Assembly: GCA_902575815.1 (NCBI GenBank) | Contig: CACGTA010000002.1 | Span: 10,845-74,844 of the forward strand | From: an uncultured Alphaproteobacteria bacterium | Lineage (GTDB): Bacteria > Pseudomonadota > Alphaproteobacteria > HIMB59 > GCA-002718135 | Reading direction: 5' to 3' | Length of the DNA stretch: 64,000 bases | Part shown: positions 21,693 to 30,864 of the stretch, piece by piece | Layout of the letters: each line of letters opens with the position of its first letter | Position numbering within the stretch: position 1 is the first letter of the stretch | Made by a program: the position numbers and the translations under genes | Notes under the pieces: model-generated | The model's input: only the letters and a program-made list of their open reading frames with translations | The model's database searches: none | Told to the model about the DNA's origin: nothing

Positions 21693-23041
21693 TATTTTGT
21701 ATCTTTAATATCAAATGTTTTAACTTCAAGTTTTTTATATTCATCTTCATTTAATTTTATAACATTTGTTTTAGATTTGGAAATAATTGAATCTATTACT
21801 TTTTGCTCAATAAGAGGTGCTCGAATTGTATCAAGTGATGATGGATTTTTTTCAAAATATTCCATAATCTGCTTTTCTTGGCCAGGGTATTGCCTAGTAT
21901 ACTCCATTATTCCTTTGTTAATTTCTTCTTCAGATACAACAACTTTTTCTTCTGAAGCAATATGTTGCATTAATAAACCAAGTTTAACTCTTCTTTCTGA
22001 AATTTTTTTATATCTTTTTTTAAGATCTTCCTCTTTTAATAGCTTATCATCCTCATCTAAACTATCATCTTTTTTAGCTTGCTCTAAACGATTCCATATT
22101 TGATTAAAATCATCTTCCAGCACTCCATCCGGTAATTCAAATTTGTAATTATTGTCTAAAAGATCCATCAATTCTTTTTTTTCTATTTGTTTTATGCCTT
22201 GCTCATATTGAGTTTTGATATTACTAACTAAGAAATTTCTGAGATCTTTTTCTGTTTTGAAACCATTCTTATCTAAAAGTTCTTTTGTAAGTTCAAATTT
22301 AATTTTTTCTTCAATTGAAATTATTTCAAAATTAAAAGGTGTTATTTTAAATTTATCATCTTTAAGAATTTTAGATAAGTTGATTTTTAATTCAATTTTT
22401 TCTCCAGCTTTTACTTTTCTTTCTATCAACTCTTTGTTTAAACCTGGAAGTATTCCATCATCAAAACCCAGATCAATAGGAAAATTTTTTTGAGATTTTA
22501 AATATTCTGGAAGGTCTTCTTGTGAAGACTCAAAATTTACAATTACCTTATCAGTATTTTTAACCTGTCGAGAACTTTCAATTTTTTTAAAGTTTTTTTG
22601 TGAGGCAATAAAATTTTTAAACTGTTCTTCCTCGGCTTTTTTACCTAATTTAATTTCATACTTATTAATTTTAAAATCTTTAAAATCTTTAAGTTTAATT
22701 TCAGGTTTTAAATCAAATTTTAAGGTTATAGTTATAGGCTTATTTTTTTCATAGTGACTAAGCTCAACCTTAGGAGATCTAAAAAGAGAAAACTTTTTTT
22801 CATCAATTAATTTTTTTGTATTTGTATCTATTACTTTTTGAATTACTTCATTTAAAACATTATCTTCATATTTTTTTTTAACAATATTGAGTGGAGCTTT
22901 ACCTTTTCTAAAACCAGGAATATTTACAGTAGGCAGTATTTGATTTATTTTTTTTTCTACTTCAATATCAATTTCCTCATAAGGGATTTCTAATGAGTAT
23001 TCCTTATAAAGTTTTTTTGACTTTAATTCTTTTGTATTCAT
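21692..23041 (-). CDS. tig: Trigger factor
   Basis: Ribosome-binding motif [10 protein letters not shown]; tig-clpP-clpX synteny. Confidence 0.95.
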   Translation of the reverse strand: MNTKELKSKKLYKEYSLEIPYEEIDIEVEKKINQILPTVNIPGFRKGKAPLNIVKKKYEDNVLNEVIQKVIDTNTKKLIDEKKFSLFRSPKVELSHYEKNKPITITLKFDLKPEIKLKDFKDFKINKYEIKLGKKAEEEQFKNFIASQKNFKKIESSRQVKNTDKVIVNFESSQEDLPEYLKSQKNFPIDLGFDDGILPGLNKELIERKVKAGEKIELKINLSKILKDDKFKITPFNFEIISIEEKIKFELTKELLDKNGFKTEKDLRNFLVSNIKTQYEQGIKQIEKKELMDLLDNNYKFELPDGVLEDDFNQIWNRLEQAKKDDSLDEDDKLLKEEDLKKRYKKISERRVKLGLLMQHIASEEKVVVSEEEINKGIMEYTRQYPGQEKQIMEYFEKNPSSLDTIRAPLIEQKVIDSIISKSKTNVIKLNEDEYKKLEVKTFDIKDTK

Positions 23042-23057
23042 ATTTTATCAAACATAA

Positions 23058-23142
23058 TGGTAGGCCGGAAAGGACTTGAACCTTCACACCTCGCGGCACT
23101 AGAACCTAAATCTAGCGTGTCTACCAATTCCACCACCGGCCC
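23058..23142 (-). tRNA. tRNA-Leu(TAG)
   Basis: 85-nt class II tRNA; CTAGA-TT-TAG-GT-TCTAG anticodon arm, long variable arm, CCA end. Confidence 0.96.
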
Positions 23143-23209
23143 TATTATTATTAAGCCTTTTATGTACAATAAATTAAAAAACAATAGAGAAAATTAACTA
23201 ATTACTAAT

Positions 23210-23287
23210 TGGGGCGAACGATGGGATTCGAACCCACGGCATCAGGCACCACAAGCCTGCGCTCTAACCAACTGAGCTACGTTCGCC
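23210..23287 (-). tRNA. tRNA-His(GTG) with encoded G-1 and C73
   Basis: G-GCGAACG...CAGGC-TT-GTG-GT-GCCTG...CGTTCGC-C-CCA, 78 nt including G-1. Confidence 0.96.
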
Positions 23288-23339
23288 ATATAACTTAATT
23301 AAAAGTTTAATTTTTATATTAAATCGCTATATCAAAAAT

Positions 23340-24497
23340 ATGGAAGTTTCAAAAAGAATATTTAATTTAGAAACAGAAACAGCTTTCTCTATTCTTGCTA
23401 AAGCTAATAATCTTGCTGCTAAAGGTAGAGATATTATTAATTTAGGAATAGGACAACCCGATTTTCCTACGCCATTAAATATTCAGGAAGCTGCTATTAA
23501 AGCAATTAAAGATGGTCATCATGGTTATACTCCATCAAATGGGATACCTGAATTACGAGAATCAATTTCAGAACTAGTATTTAAAAAATATAAATCAAAT
23601 ATTAATCCAGAAAATGTTTTAATAACTCCAGGAGGTAAGCCTGTAATTTTTATTTCAGCATTATTGTTAGGCAATGAAGATAGAGAAATTATTTTTCCTG
23701 ATCCAGGTTTTCCAATTTATAGATCTATGATTAAATACAGTGGTGCAAAAGCTGTACCATTAAAGCTTTCTGAAAAAGATAACTTCGAAATTAATACTGA
23801 ACAATTAAAAGAATTAATTTCTGATAAAACAAGTTTGATAATTATAAATAATCCAAACAATCCAACAGGATCGTATATGAATAAGAAAAAAATTACTGAT
23901 CTTGTTAATTTATTAGAGCAGTACCCAAAGGTCTCCATTTTAAGTGATGAAATTTATAGTAATATTATTTTTAATAACGAACAAATGCCATCATTACTAG
24001 AATACGAAAGCATAAAAGATAGATTAATAGTTCTTGAAGGATGGAGCAAAACATATTGTATGACTGGATGGAGATTAGGCTGGAGTATATGGCCAGAAAA
24101 TTTAATTGAACATGCTAATAAAATATGTGTTAATTACAATTCCTGCGCTACCTCAATTTCGCAATATGCAGGTTTAGAAGCAATAAAAGGTTCTCAAAAA
24201 GAAATAACAAAAATTGTTAGTGAATTTCAAAAAAGAAAAGAGTACGTTTTTAATGAATTGAATAAATTAGAAAAAATTTCTTGTTTTGAACCAGGTGGTG
24301 CTTTTTATGCATTTCCCAATATTTCAAAAACTGGATTGAGCGGAAATAAATTTTCAGAAATCGCACTTGAAGAGAAAGGTGTTGCATTAGTTCCTGGCTC
24401 TAGCTTTGGAGATAATGCTGTAGAATTTGTAAGAATAAGTTTTGCTAATTCCCTAGAAAACATTAAAGAAGCAATTAATAGGTTATCTACGATATGA
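23340..24497 (+). CDS. Class I/II PLP-dependent aminotransferase (aspartate aminotransferase-like)
   Basis: NLGIGQPDF, NNPNNPTG, SDEIY, PLP lysine in SKTYCMTGWRLG. Confidence 0.92.
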   Translation: MEVSKRIFNLETETAFSILAKANNLAAKGRDIINLGIGQPDFPTPLNIQEAAIKAIKDGHHGYTPSNGIPELRESISELVFKKYKSNINPENVLITPGGKPVIFISALLLGNEDREIIFPDPGFPIYRSMIKYSGAKAVPLKLSEKDNFEINTEQLKELISDKTSLIIINNPNNPTGSYMNKKKITDLVNLLEQYPKVSILSDEIYSNIIFNNEQMPSLLEYESIKDRLIVLEGWSKTYCMTGWRLGWSIWPENLIEHANKICVNYNSCATSISQYAGLEAIKGSQKEITKIVSEFQKRKEYVFNELNKLEKISCFEPGGAFYAFPNISKTGLSGNKFSEIALEEKGVALVPGSSFGDNAVEFVRISFANSLENIKEAINRLSTI

Positions 24498-24835
24498 AAA
24501 AAATAGAAGCAATCATTAAACCATTTAAACTTTCTCAAGTTAAAGAAGCTCTCCATGAACTTGGAATATCCGGAATGACATTAGTAGATGTAAAAGGTTT
24601 CGGTAGACAAAGAGGATCAACTGGTGGAATTGATCCTAATGATGGGTATGATGATGAATTTTTAGCAAAAATGAAACTTGAAGTGATCGTCGAAGACAAT
24701 CAAGTAAATGATGTTATTGAATCAATAAAAACTAGCGCTTATTCAGGAAAAATCGGCGATGGCAAGATTTTTGTATCGAATATTGAGCAGGTAATTAGAA
24801 TAAGGACTGGTGAAAAAGACAGTGATGCTGTCTAA
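24494..24835 (+). CDS. glnB: PII nitrogen regulatory protein with divergent T-loop
   Basis: MKKIEAIIKPFKL, GFGRQ, SGKIGDGKIF, RIRTGE; upstream of glnA. Confidence 0.93.
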   Translation: MKKIEAIIKPFKLSQVKEALHELGISGMTLVDVKGFGRQRGSTGGIDPNDGYDDEFLAKMKLEVIVEDNQVNDVIESIKTSAYSGKIGDGKIFVSNIEQVIRIRTGEKDSDAV

Positions 24836-24876
24836 TTTTTCTTTACTTTTGTATAAAACCTAGTAATTAAACTACA

Positions 24877-24926
24877 ATCGTTCAACTCTTTTAGAGTCGG
24901 AAGTAGGCATTGTGCCGAAGGAACGC
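24877..24926 (+). promoter_or_regulatory. Glutamine-I (glnA motif) riboswitch aptamer 1
   Basis: ATCGTTCA-[ACTCT TTT AGAGT]-CGGAAGTA-[GGCA TTG TGCC]-GAAGGAACGC matches the glnA-motif three-way junction; in the glnA 5' region. Confidence 0.88.
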
Positions 24927-24941
24927 ATGCAAAAGTTATAA

Positions 24942-24994
24942 ATCGTTCAACCTATTATCATAGGTCGGAAGTAAGTCAAAAGCTGAAGGAACGC
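24942..24994 (+). promoter_or_regulatory. Glutamine-I (glnA motif) riboswitch aptamer 2
   Basis: ATCGTTCA-[ACCTAT TATC ATAGGT]-CGGAAGTA-[AGT CAAAA GCT]-GAAGGAACGC; core identical to aptamer 1, different but still paired P2/P3. Confidence 0.86.
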
Positions 24995-25081
24995 GCATCA
25001 AAAGCAGATTTCATAACTAGAGCATGATTTAACCGGGTAACGCTGGATAGCATACCCTTTTGTTGAAGTAAGGAGATAGAT

Positions 25082-26512
25082 ATGAAATTAAAAAGCTCGA
25101 CTCCAAAAGATTTAATGTCTGAAATTAAAGATATGGACATTAAAATGGTTGATATGCGCTTTACTGATATACCAGGAACAACTCAACATTTTACAATACC
25201 AATTAAATTTTTAGACGAAGATATATTTTCTGATGGACTTGGTTTTGATGGATCTTCAGTAAGAGGTTTCCAAGAAATTCAAGACAGTGATATGATTGTT
25301 TTGCCTGATGCAACGACTGCATACATTGATCCATTTTTTTCAGAAAAAACTCTAGCATTACATTGTAATATTAAGGATCCTGTAACTTTGGTTGATTATA
25401 GTCGTGACCCAAGAAATATTGCCAAAAAAGCTGAGGAATATTTGAAATCATCTGGTATTGGCGATACAGCATTTTTTGGACCAGAAGCAGAATTTTTTGT
25501 ATTTAACAATGTTCAGTTTGATTCTGGATCAAACTTTGCATTTCATGAAGTTGATTCTGTCGAAGGTACTTGGAATAGTGGCGCTGATGAAAATCCAAAC
25601 TTAGGTCATAAACCTAGACATAAAGAAGGTTATTTTCCTTTACCACCAGTTGATACACTTCAAGATGTAAGAACTGAAATGGTAATGACAATGCAAGACA
25701 TTGGTCTTACTGTTGAAGCACATCACCATGAAGTTGCAACAGGTGGACAGTGTGAAATTGATTTAGAATTTTCACCACTGTTAAAGATGGCCGATGATAT
25801 GATGAAATATAAGTACGTTGTAAAAAATGTTGCTAGACAACATGGAATGACTGCTACATTTATGCCTAAACCTTTATTTGAAGATAATGGTTCAGGAATG
25901 CACGTCCATCAAAGTGTTTGGAAAGACGGTGACACATTAATGTATAAAGAAGGTAACTATGCTAACCTAAGTGATTTAGCTCTAAACTATATTGGAGGTA
26001 TTCTTAAACATGCACCTGCTCTATTAGCTTTTTGTGCTCCAACTACTAACTCTTATAAAAGATTGGTACCAGGCTTTGAGGCTCCGGTAAACATTGTTTA
26101 CTCTCAAAGAAATAGAACTGCATCTGTTAGAATTCCTGCTTATTCTCAAAGCCCTAAAGCAAAAAGAATGGAATTTAGATGTCCAGATCCAAGTGCAAAT
26201 CCATACTTAGCATTCTCAGCAATGTTAATGGCAGGATTAGATGGAATTAAAAATAAAATTAATCCTGGTGATCCAACAGATATAAATCTCTATGCTGCTA
26301 GCGATGAAGTTTTGTCTAAAATTCAATCTACGCCTGGATCTTTAGCTGAATCTCTTGAAGCTCTTGAGAAAGATCATGCATTTTTATTAGAAGGTGATGT
26401 ATTCACCAAAGATGTAATTGAAACTTATATTAGCTATAAAAAAGAAAGTGAGGTTGACCCTATTAATATTAGACCTCATCCACACGAGTTTAAATTATAC
26501 TACGACGTGTAG
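25082..26512 (+). CDS. glnA: Glutamine synthetase type I (GSI-beta)
   Basis: [39 protein letters not shown], adenylylation-site Tyr in INLY; AAGGAG RBS. Confidence 0.97.
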   Translation: MKLKSSTPKDLMSEIKDMDIKMVDMRFTDIPGTTQHFTIPIKFLDEDIFSDGLGFDGSSVRGFQEIQDSDMIVLPDATTAYIDPFFSEKTLALHCNIKDPVTLVDYSRDPRNIAKKAEEYLKSSGIGDTAFFGPEAEFFVFNNVQFDSGSNFAFHEVDSVEGTWNSGADENPNLGHKPRHKEGYFPLPPVDTLQDVRTEMVMTMQDIGLTVEAHHHEVATGGQCEIDLEFSPLLKMADDMMKYKYVVKNVARQHGMTATFMPKPLFEDNGSGMHVHQSVWKDGDTLMYKEGNYANLSDLALNYIGGILKHAPALLAFCAPTTNSYKRLVPGFEAPVNIVYSQRNRTASVRIPAYSQSPKAKRMEFRCPDPSANPYLAFSAMLMAGLDGIKNKINPGDPTDINLYAASDEVLSKIQSTPGSLAESLEALEKDHAFLLEGDVFTKDVIETYISYKKESEVDPINIRPHPHEFKLYYDV

Positions 26513-26534
26513 AATTATACTTGTCTCTATAAAG

Positions 26535-26560
26535 AAAACCGCCTTAGGGCGGTTTTTTTT
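26535..26560 (+). terminator. Rho-independent terminator of glnA
   Basis: AAAACCGCC-TTAG-GGCGGTTTT followed by a T-run. Confidence 0.88.
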
Positions 26561-26596
26561 ATGTTTTTAGAACAACACTTTTGATAAGAAATATTT

Positions 26597-28531
26597 GTGG
26601 CTAAAAAATCTACTTATAATGCCAAAGATATTGAAGTACTTGAGGGTCTTGAGCCAGTTCGTAAAAGACCTGGTATGTATATTGGAAGCACAAATCAAGA
26701 TGGTCTTCATCATTTAGTAAACGAAGTACTAGATAATAGTATAGATGAAGTTTTAGCTGGTCACGCGACCGATATAAGTTTTCAATATAAAAAAGATGGT
26801 TCGATAAAAATAAAAGATAATGGAAGAGGTATTCCTATTGATTTTCATCCAAAATTTAAAAACAAAAGAGCACTTGAAGTAGTTTTAACTACACTTCACG
26901 CAGGTGGTAAATTTAACAGTAATGCTTACAAAACTTCTGGTGGATTACACGGGGTTGGGATTTCTGTTGTAAATGCATTAAGTTCTTTATTACAAGTTCA
27001 GGTATTCAAAGATGGAAAAGTGTATAGACAAGATTACTCAAAAGGAAAGGTTAAGACAAAAATAAAAATTGAAAAATGTAGCAAAAAATTAAAAGGTACA
27101 GAAATTTCTTTTATACCAGATGAAAGCATATTTGAAGAAACACAATTTGTTCCAAAAAAATTATATAATTTTATAAATATGAAATCAGTATTAGTTGGAG
27201 GAACAACTATCAACTTTGAAATTGATAAAGAATTAATAAAAGATAAAACCCCTACCAAAAAAAGTTTTTTTTATAAAAAAGGAATTGAAGATTATTTTCA
27301 ATTAGAATACGCAAACAACTCTAAATTATTTGAAAAAAATTTTTTTTTAAAATCAAAAATTATAGATAATGAATATTTTGAAACTTTAATTACATTTAAT
27401 ACAAATGAAAATTCAACTTTAATGTCATATTGTAACACTATTGAAACACCAGATGGCGGCTCTCATGAAAATGGTATTCGTAATGGAATTCTAAAAGCTA
27501 TAAAACTTTATGGCCAAAAAAATCAATTCTCAAAAATCAGTAATATCAATCACAGTGATATTTTTGATTACTCTAACGTTATTATTTCAATCTTTATAAA
27601 TGATCCAAGTTTTGAAGGTCAAACTAAAAAGAGAATAATAATGCCAAATTTACAAAAAGAAATTGAAACAAAAACACAACAAGAATTTTTATTATGGTTA
27701 AACGCTAATAAGAAAAATTCAAAAATACTTTTAGATAATTTAATTGAAAGAGCTCTTCAAAGAACTGATTTATCAAAAATTAAAGAGTTAGATAGAAAAA
27801 ATATTAAAGAAAGAAATCGTCTTCCAGGTAAATTAGTAGACTGTTCGAGTAAATCCATAAAAGATTCTGAAATATTTATTGTTGAAGGCGACAGTGCTGG
27901 AGGTTCTGCTAAGCAAGCAAGAAATAGAGAATTTCAAGCAATACTTCCTTTAAGGGGGAAAATATTAAATGTTTATAATGTTGGGCTATCTAAAATTGCT
28001 GATAACAATGAAATACAAAATCTTATTCAATCTTTAGGTTGTGGTATTGGAAAAAACTTTGAAATTTCAAAACTTCGATATGAGAAAATAATTTTAATGA
28101 CTGATGCGGACGTAGATGGTTCACATATTGCAACTCTACTTATTACTTTTTTTTATAAATATATGAAAAATTTAATTGATGAAAATAAACTATATCTAGC
28201 AATGCCTCCTTTATTTAAAATTTATAACAAAAATAAATCTTTTTACGCATATGATGAAAAAGAGAAAGATAAATTAATTGAAAAAGAATTTAAGTCTGAC
28301 AATTATAACATTACAAGATTTAAAGGTTTGGGTGAAATGCCAGCTGATCAATTGAAAGAGACTACAATGGATCAAAACAAAAGAAATCTAATATTGATTA
28401 ACTCTGAAAAAGCTAAGAAAGATATTAAGAATACCGAAAGTTTATTTGAAACCTTAATGGGAAAACAAGCAGAGTTACGTTTTAAATTTATTCAGAATAA
28501 TGCTAACTTTATTAAAAATTTAGACGTCTAA
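26597..28531 (+). CDS. parE: DNA topoisomerase IV subunit B
   Basis: LEGLEPVRKRPGMY (ParE-type LEPVR), EGDSAGGSAKQAR, TDADVDGSHI, RFKGLGEM; GTG start. Confidence 0.9.
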   Translation: MAKKSTYNAKDIEVLEGLEPVRKRPGMYIGSTNQDGLHHLVNEVLDNSIDEVLAGHATDISFQYKKDGSIKIKDNGRGIPIDFHPKFKNKRALEVVLTTLHAGGKFNSNAYKTSGGLHGVGISVVNALSSLLQVQVFKDGKVYRQDYSKGKVKTKIKIEKCSKKLKGTEISFIPDESIFEETQFVPKKLYNFINMKSVLVGGTTINFEIDKELIKDKTPTKKSFFYKKGIEDYFQLEYANNSKLFEKNFFLKSKIIDNEYFETLITFNTNENSTLMSYCNTIETPDGGSHENGIRNGILKAIKLYGQKNQFSKISNINHSDIFDYSNVIISIFINDPSFEGQTKKRIIMPNLQKEIETKTQQEFLLWLNANKKNSKILLDNLIERALQRTDLSKIKELDRKNIKERNRLPGKLVDCSSKSIKDSEIFIVEGDSAGGSAKQARNREFQAILPLRGKILNVYNVGLSKIADNNEIQNLIQSLGCGIGKNFEISKLRYEKIILMTDADVDGSHIATLLITFFYKYMKNLIDENKLYLAMPPLFKIYNKNKSFYAYDEKEKDKLIEKEFKSDNYNITRFKGLGEMPADQLKETTMDQNKRNLILINSEKAKKDIKNTESLFETLMGKQAELRFKFIQNNANFIKNLDV

Positions 28532-28534
28532 TTT

Positions 28535-30016
28535 ATGACAAAATATTTTTTGGTAATAGATCAAGGAACAACAAGTTCAAGAATTGTACTGTATAATAAA
28601 AAATTTGAAATATTCGATATTGTCCAAAAAGAATTTAAACAATATTTTCCCAATGAAGGATGGGTAGAGCATAATGCAACAGAAATTTGGGATGATGTTA
28701 GAAATTTAATTTCAAAAATATTAAGAAAAAATAAATTAAATTCACAAAATATAATTTCAATTGGAATTACCAATCAAAGAGAAACAACAGTTTTGTGGAA
28801 TAAGAAAACTGGGAAACCAGTTTACAGAGCAATAGTCTGGCAAGATAGAAGAACAGCTAATCTTTGTGAAAATTTAAAAAGAAAAGGGATTGATAAAAAA
28901 ATTCAAAAAATAACTGGTCTAGAGCTTGATCCATATTTTTCAGCTACTAAAATTAAATGGATTATTGATAATGTTAAGGAAGCAAATAAGAATTTAAAGA
29001 ATAATAATTTACTTTTTGGAACAATAGACACCTGGCTATTATGGAAATTAACTAAGGGAAAATCTCACCTCACAGATATATCGAATGCCTCACGAACTAT
29101 GATTTTTGATTCTCAAAAAGAGCAGTGGTCTGACACAATTTTAAAAATATTTAATATTCCAAAAAATATCTTACCAACTGTAGTTGAAAATGCATATGAT
29201 TTTGGCTCTACTAAATTATTTGGTGATTCAATACCAATTGGCGGCATGGCTGGAGACCAACAGTCAGCAACAATTGGTCAAGCTTGTTTTAAAAAAGGGC
29301 AATCAAAAAGTACATATGGTACAGGCTGTTTTCTTCTTATGAATATTGGAGAAAAATTTAAATTATCTAAAAATAGATTACTAACAACTGTAGCTTTTAA
29401 AATAAATGGTAAAAAAATGTTTTGCTATGAAGGAAGTATTTTTGTAGCAGGCTCTGCCATACAATGGCTTCGCGATAATTTAAAATTTATAAAAGATTCT
29501 AGTGAAACTGATAAATTGTATAAAAAAGCTAATAAAGATGAAAGTTTATTTTTTGTCCCAGCCTTAACTGGACTTGGCGCACCATATTGGAACCCTAATG
29601 CGAGAGGAACATTTTTTGGTATCACTAGAAATACGTCTAAAGAAGATATCATCAAAGCAACTTTGGACAGCCTATCTTTTCAAACCTATGAATTAATTGA
29701 GTGTATGGAAAAAGATTCTAAGACAAAGATTAGTGAAATAAGAGTTGATGGAGGTATGGTTAAAAATAATAGCTTTCTACAAAGTTTAGCAAATATTTCT
29801 CAAATTAAAATTATTAGACCAAGTAATGTTGAGACTACTTCACTTGGCGCAGCATATCTTGCAGCAATTCAATCTGGATATTTAAAAAATACAAGCCAAA
29901 TAAGTAAACTTTGGAAAAAAGATAAAACAGTAAAAGCAAATATTAACAAATCCATTTCAACATCTAGTATTAGTAAGTGGAAATCAATTATTAATGTAGT
30001 TAATAATTTTTATTAA
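28535..30016 (+). CDS. glpK: Glycerol kinase
   Basis: IDQGTTSSR, NQRETT, WQDRRT, GDQQ, KSTYGTGCF, VDGG. Confidence 0.95.
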   Translation: MTKYFLVIDQGTTSSRIVLYNKKFEIFDIVQKEFKQYFPNEGWVEHNATEIWDDVRNLISKILRKNKLNSQNIISIGITNQRETTVLWNKKTGKPVYRAIVWQDRRTANLCENLKRKGIDKKIQKITGLELDPYFSATKIKWIIDNVKEANKNLKNNNLLFGTIDTWLLWKLTKGKSHLTDISNASRTMIFDSQKEQWSDTILKIFNIPKNILPTVVENAYDFGSTKLFGDSIPIGGMAGDQQSATIGQACFKKGQSKSTYGTGCFLLMNIGEKFKLSKNRLLTTVAFKINGKKMFCYEGSIFVAGSAIQWLRDNLKFIKDSSETDKLYKKANKDESLFFVPALTGLGAPYWNPNARGTFFGITRNTSKEDIIKATLDSLSFQTYELIECMEKDSKTKISEIRVDGGMVKNNSFLQSLANISQIKIIRPSNVETTSLGAAYLAAIQSGYLKNTSQISKLWKKDKTVKANINKSISTSSISKWKSIINVVNNFY

Positions 30017-30821
30017 GATTTAACCAATTTGAAATTTCTAAAGAATGGATGTCTTCATCAAGTATATCATCATATATTTGTAATTCTTTTTTTTCAAGAT
30101 TATCAGAATTTTGCAAAATCGTCTTTTCGTTTTCAAATTCTAATAAATTTTCATATACTTTTTGTTCTAACAAAATATCTCTTCTCATTTCCATAAGTCC
30201 AGCCATCCATTTTGGATTAAATTCTGGATGATATTGTACTGCCCAAACACTTGATTGGTTTGCTTCAAAGCTTATAGATTGAAATTTACTAATCTTATTT
30301 GAAGCTAGAACTTTGGTTTCTTTTGGAAGATTTTCTGCTTCATCATAATGCCAACAAAGTGCATTAAATGATTTTTTTTTATTCTTATACATAGGGTGAA
30401 CTTCACCATCTTGATTTAATGTAATATTTTTGGCTAAAACTGCTTCAAGGCCATTGGGATTTTTTCTTACTTTACCTCCTGCGGCAGTAACTAAAACCTG
30501 AAGCCCCCAACAACTTCCAAATATTTTATTTTTTCTTTTAAATAATTCTTTAGCTAGCTCTATTTGATTTATTATAGACTTTGTCTCATTATATATATTT
30601 AGCAAACTTCCCGTCCAAGCAACCGCTTCGAAGTCATCAAGACTTATACCTAAAGGAAGATAATTATTATGAACTGCAGGATGAATTGTTGTAATATTGA
30701 TAGTTGAATTAGAATATTTTTTTAAAATTTTTTCATATACTTGAAATTGAGTATCCATACCCAAATTTGTATATCGATCGGAAGCTTCTTTTTCATTTCC
30801 ATCAACTAATAATATGTTCAT
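30000..30821 (-). CDS. Type 1 glutamine amidotransferase-like protein
   Basis: Nucleophile elbow GSCWGLQ and QYHPE catalytic His-Glu. Confidence 0.85.
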   Translation of the reverse strand: MNILLVDGNEKEASDRYTNLGMDTQFQVYEKILKKYSNSTINITTIHPAVHNNYLPLGISLDDFEAVAWTGSLLNIYNETKSIINQIELAKELFKRKNKIFGSCWGLQVLVTAAGGKVRKNPNGLEAVLAKNITLNQDGEVHPMYKNKKKSFNALCWHYDEAENLPKETKVLASNKISKFQSISFEANQSSVWAVQYHPEFNPKWMAGLMEMRRDILLEQKVYENLLEFENEKTILQNSDNLEKKELQIYDDILDEDIHSLEISNWLNLNKNY

Positions 30822-30864
30822 ATTTATCTTTATTTTTCATCTATCATGAAATATGTAAAACTTC

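Noticed and set aside
1423..23041. nuo-birA-coaX-rnj and tig-clpPX-lon-hup gene order
   Set aside because: Standard alphaproteobacterial synteny; no frameshifts, inteins or fusions evident.
24877..24994. Direct repeat considered as a mini-CRISPR or att site
   Set aside because: Only two units, variable parts form paired stems, no cas or integrase nearby; explained by riboswitch aptamers.
25021..25050. TGATTTAACCG resembling the start of a SAM-II riboswitch
   Set aside because: The downstream TTGC, P1 3' strand and TAAA...GCTAAA pseudoknot elements are missing, and the downstream gene is glnA.
26597..28531. Type II topoisomerase B without adjacent A subunit; possible gyrB
   Set aside because: LEPVR signature and length fit ParE; parE and parC are normally unlinked in alphaproteobacteria.
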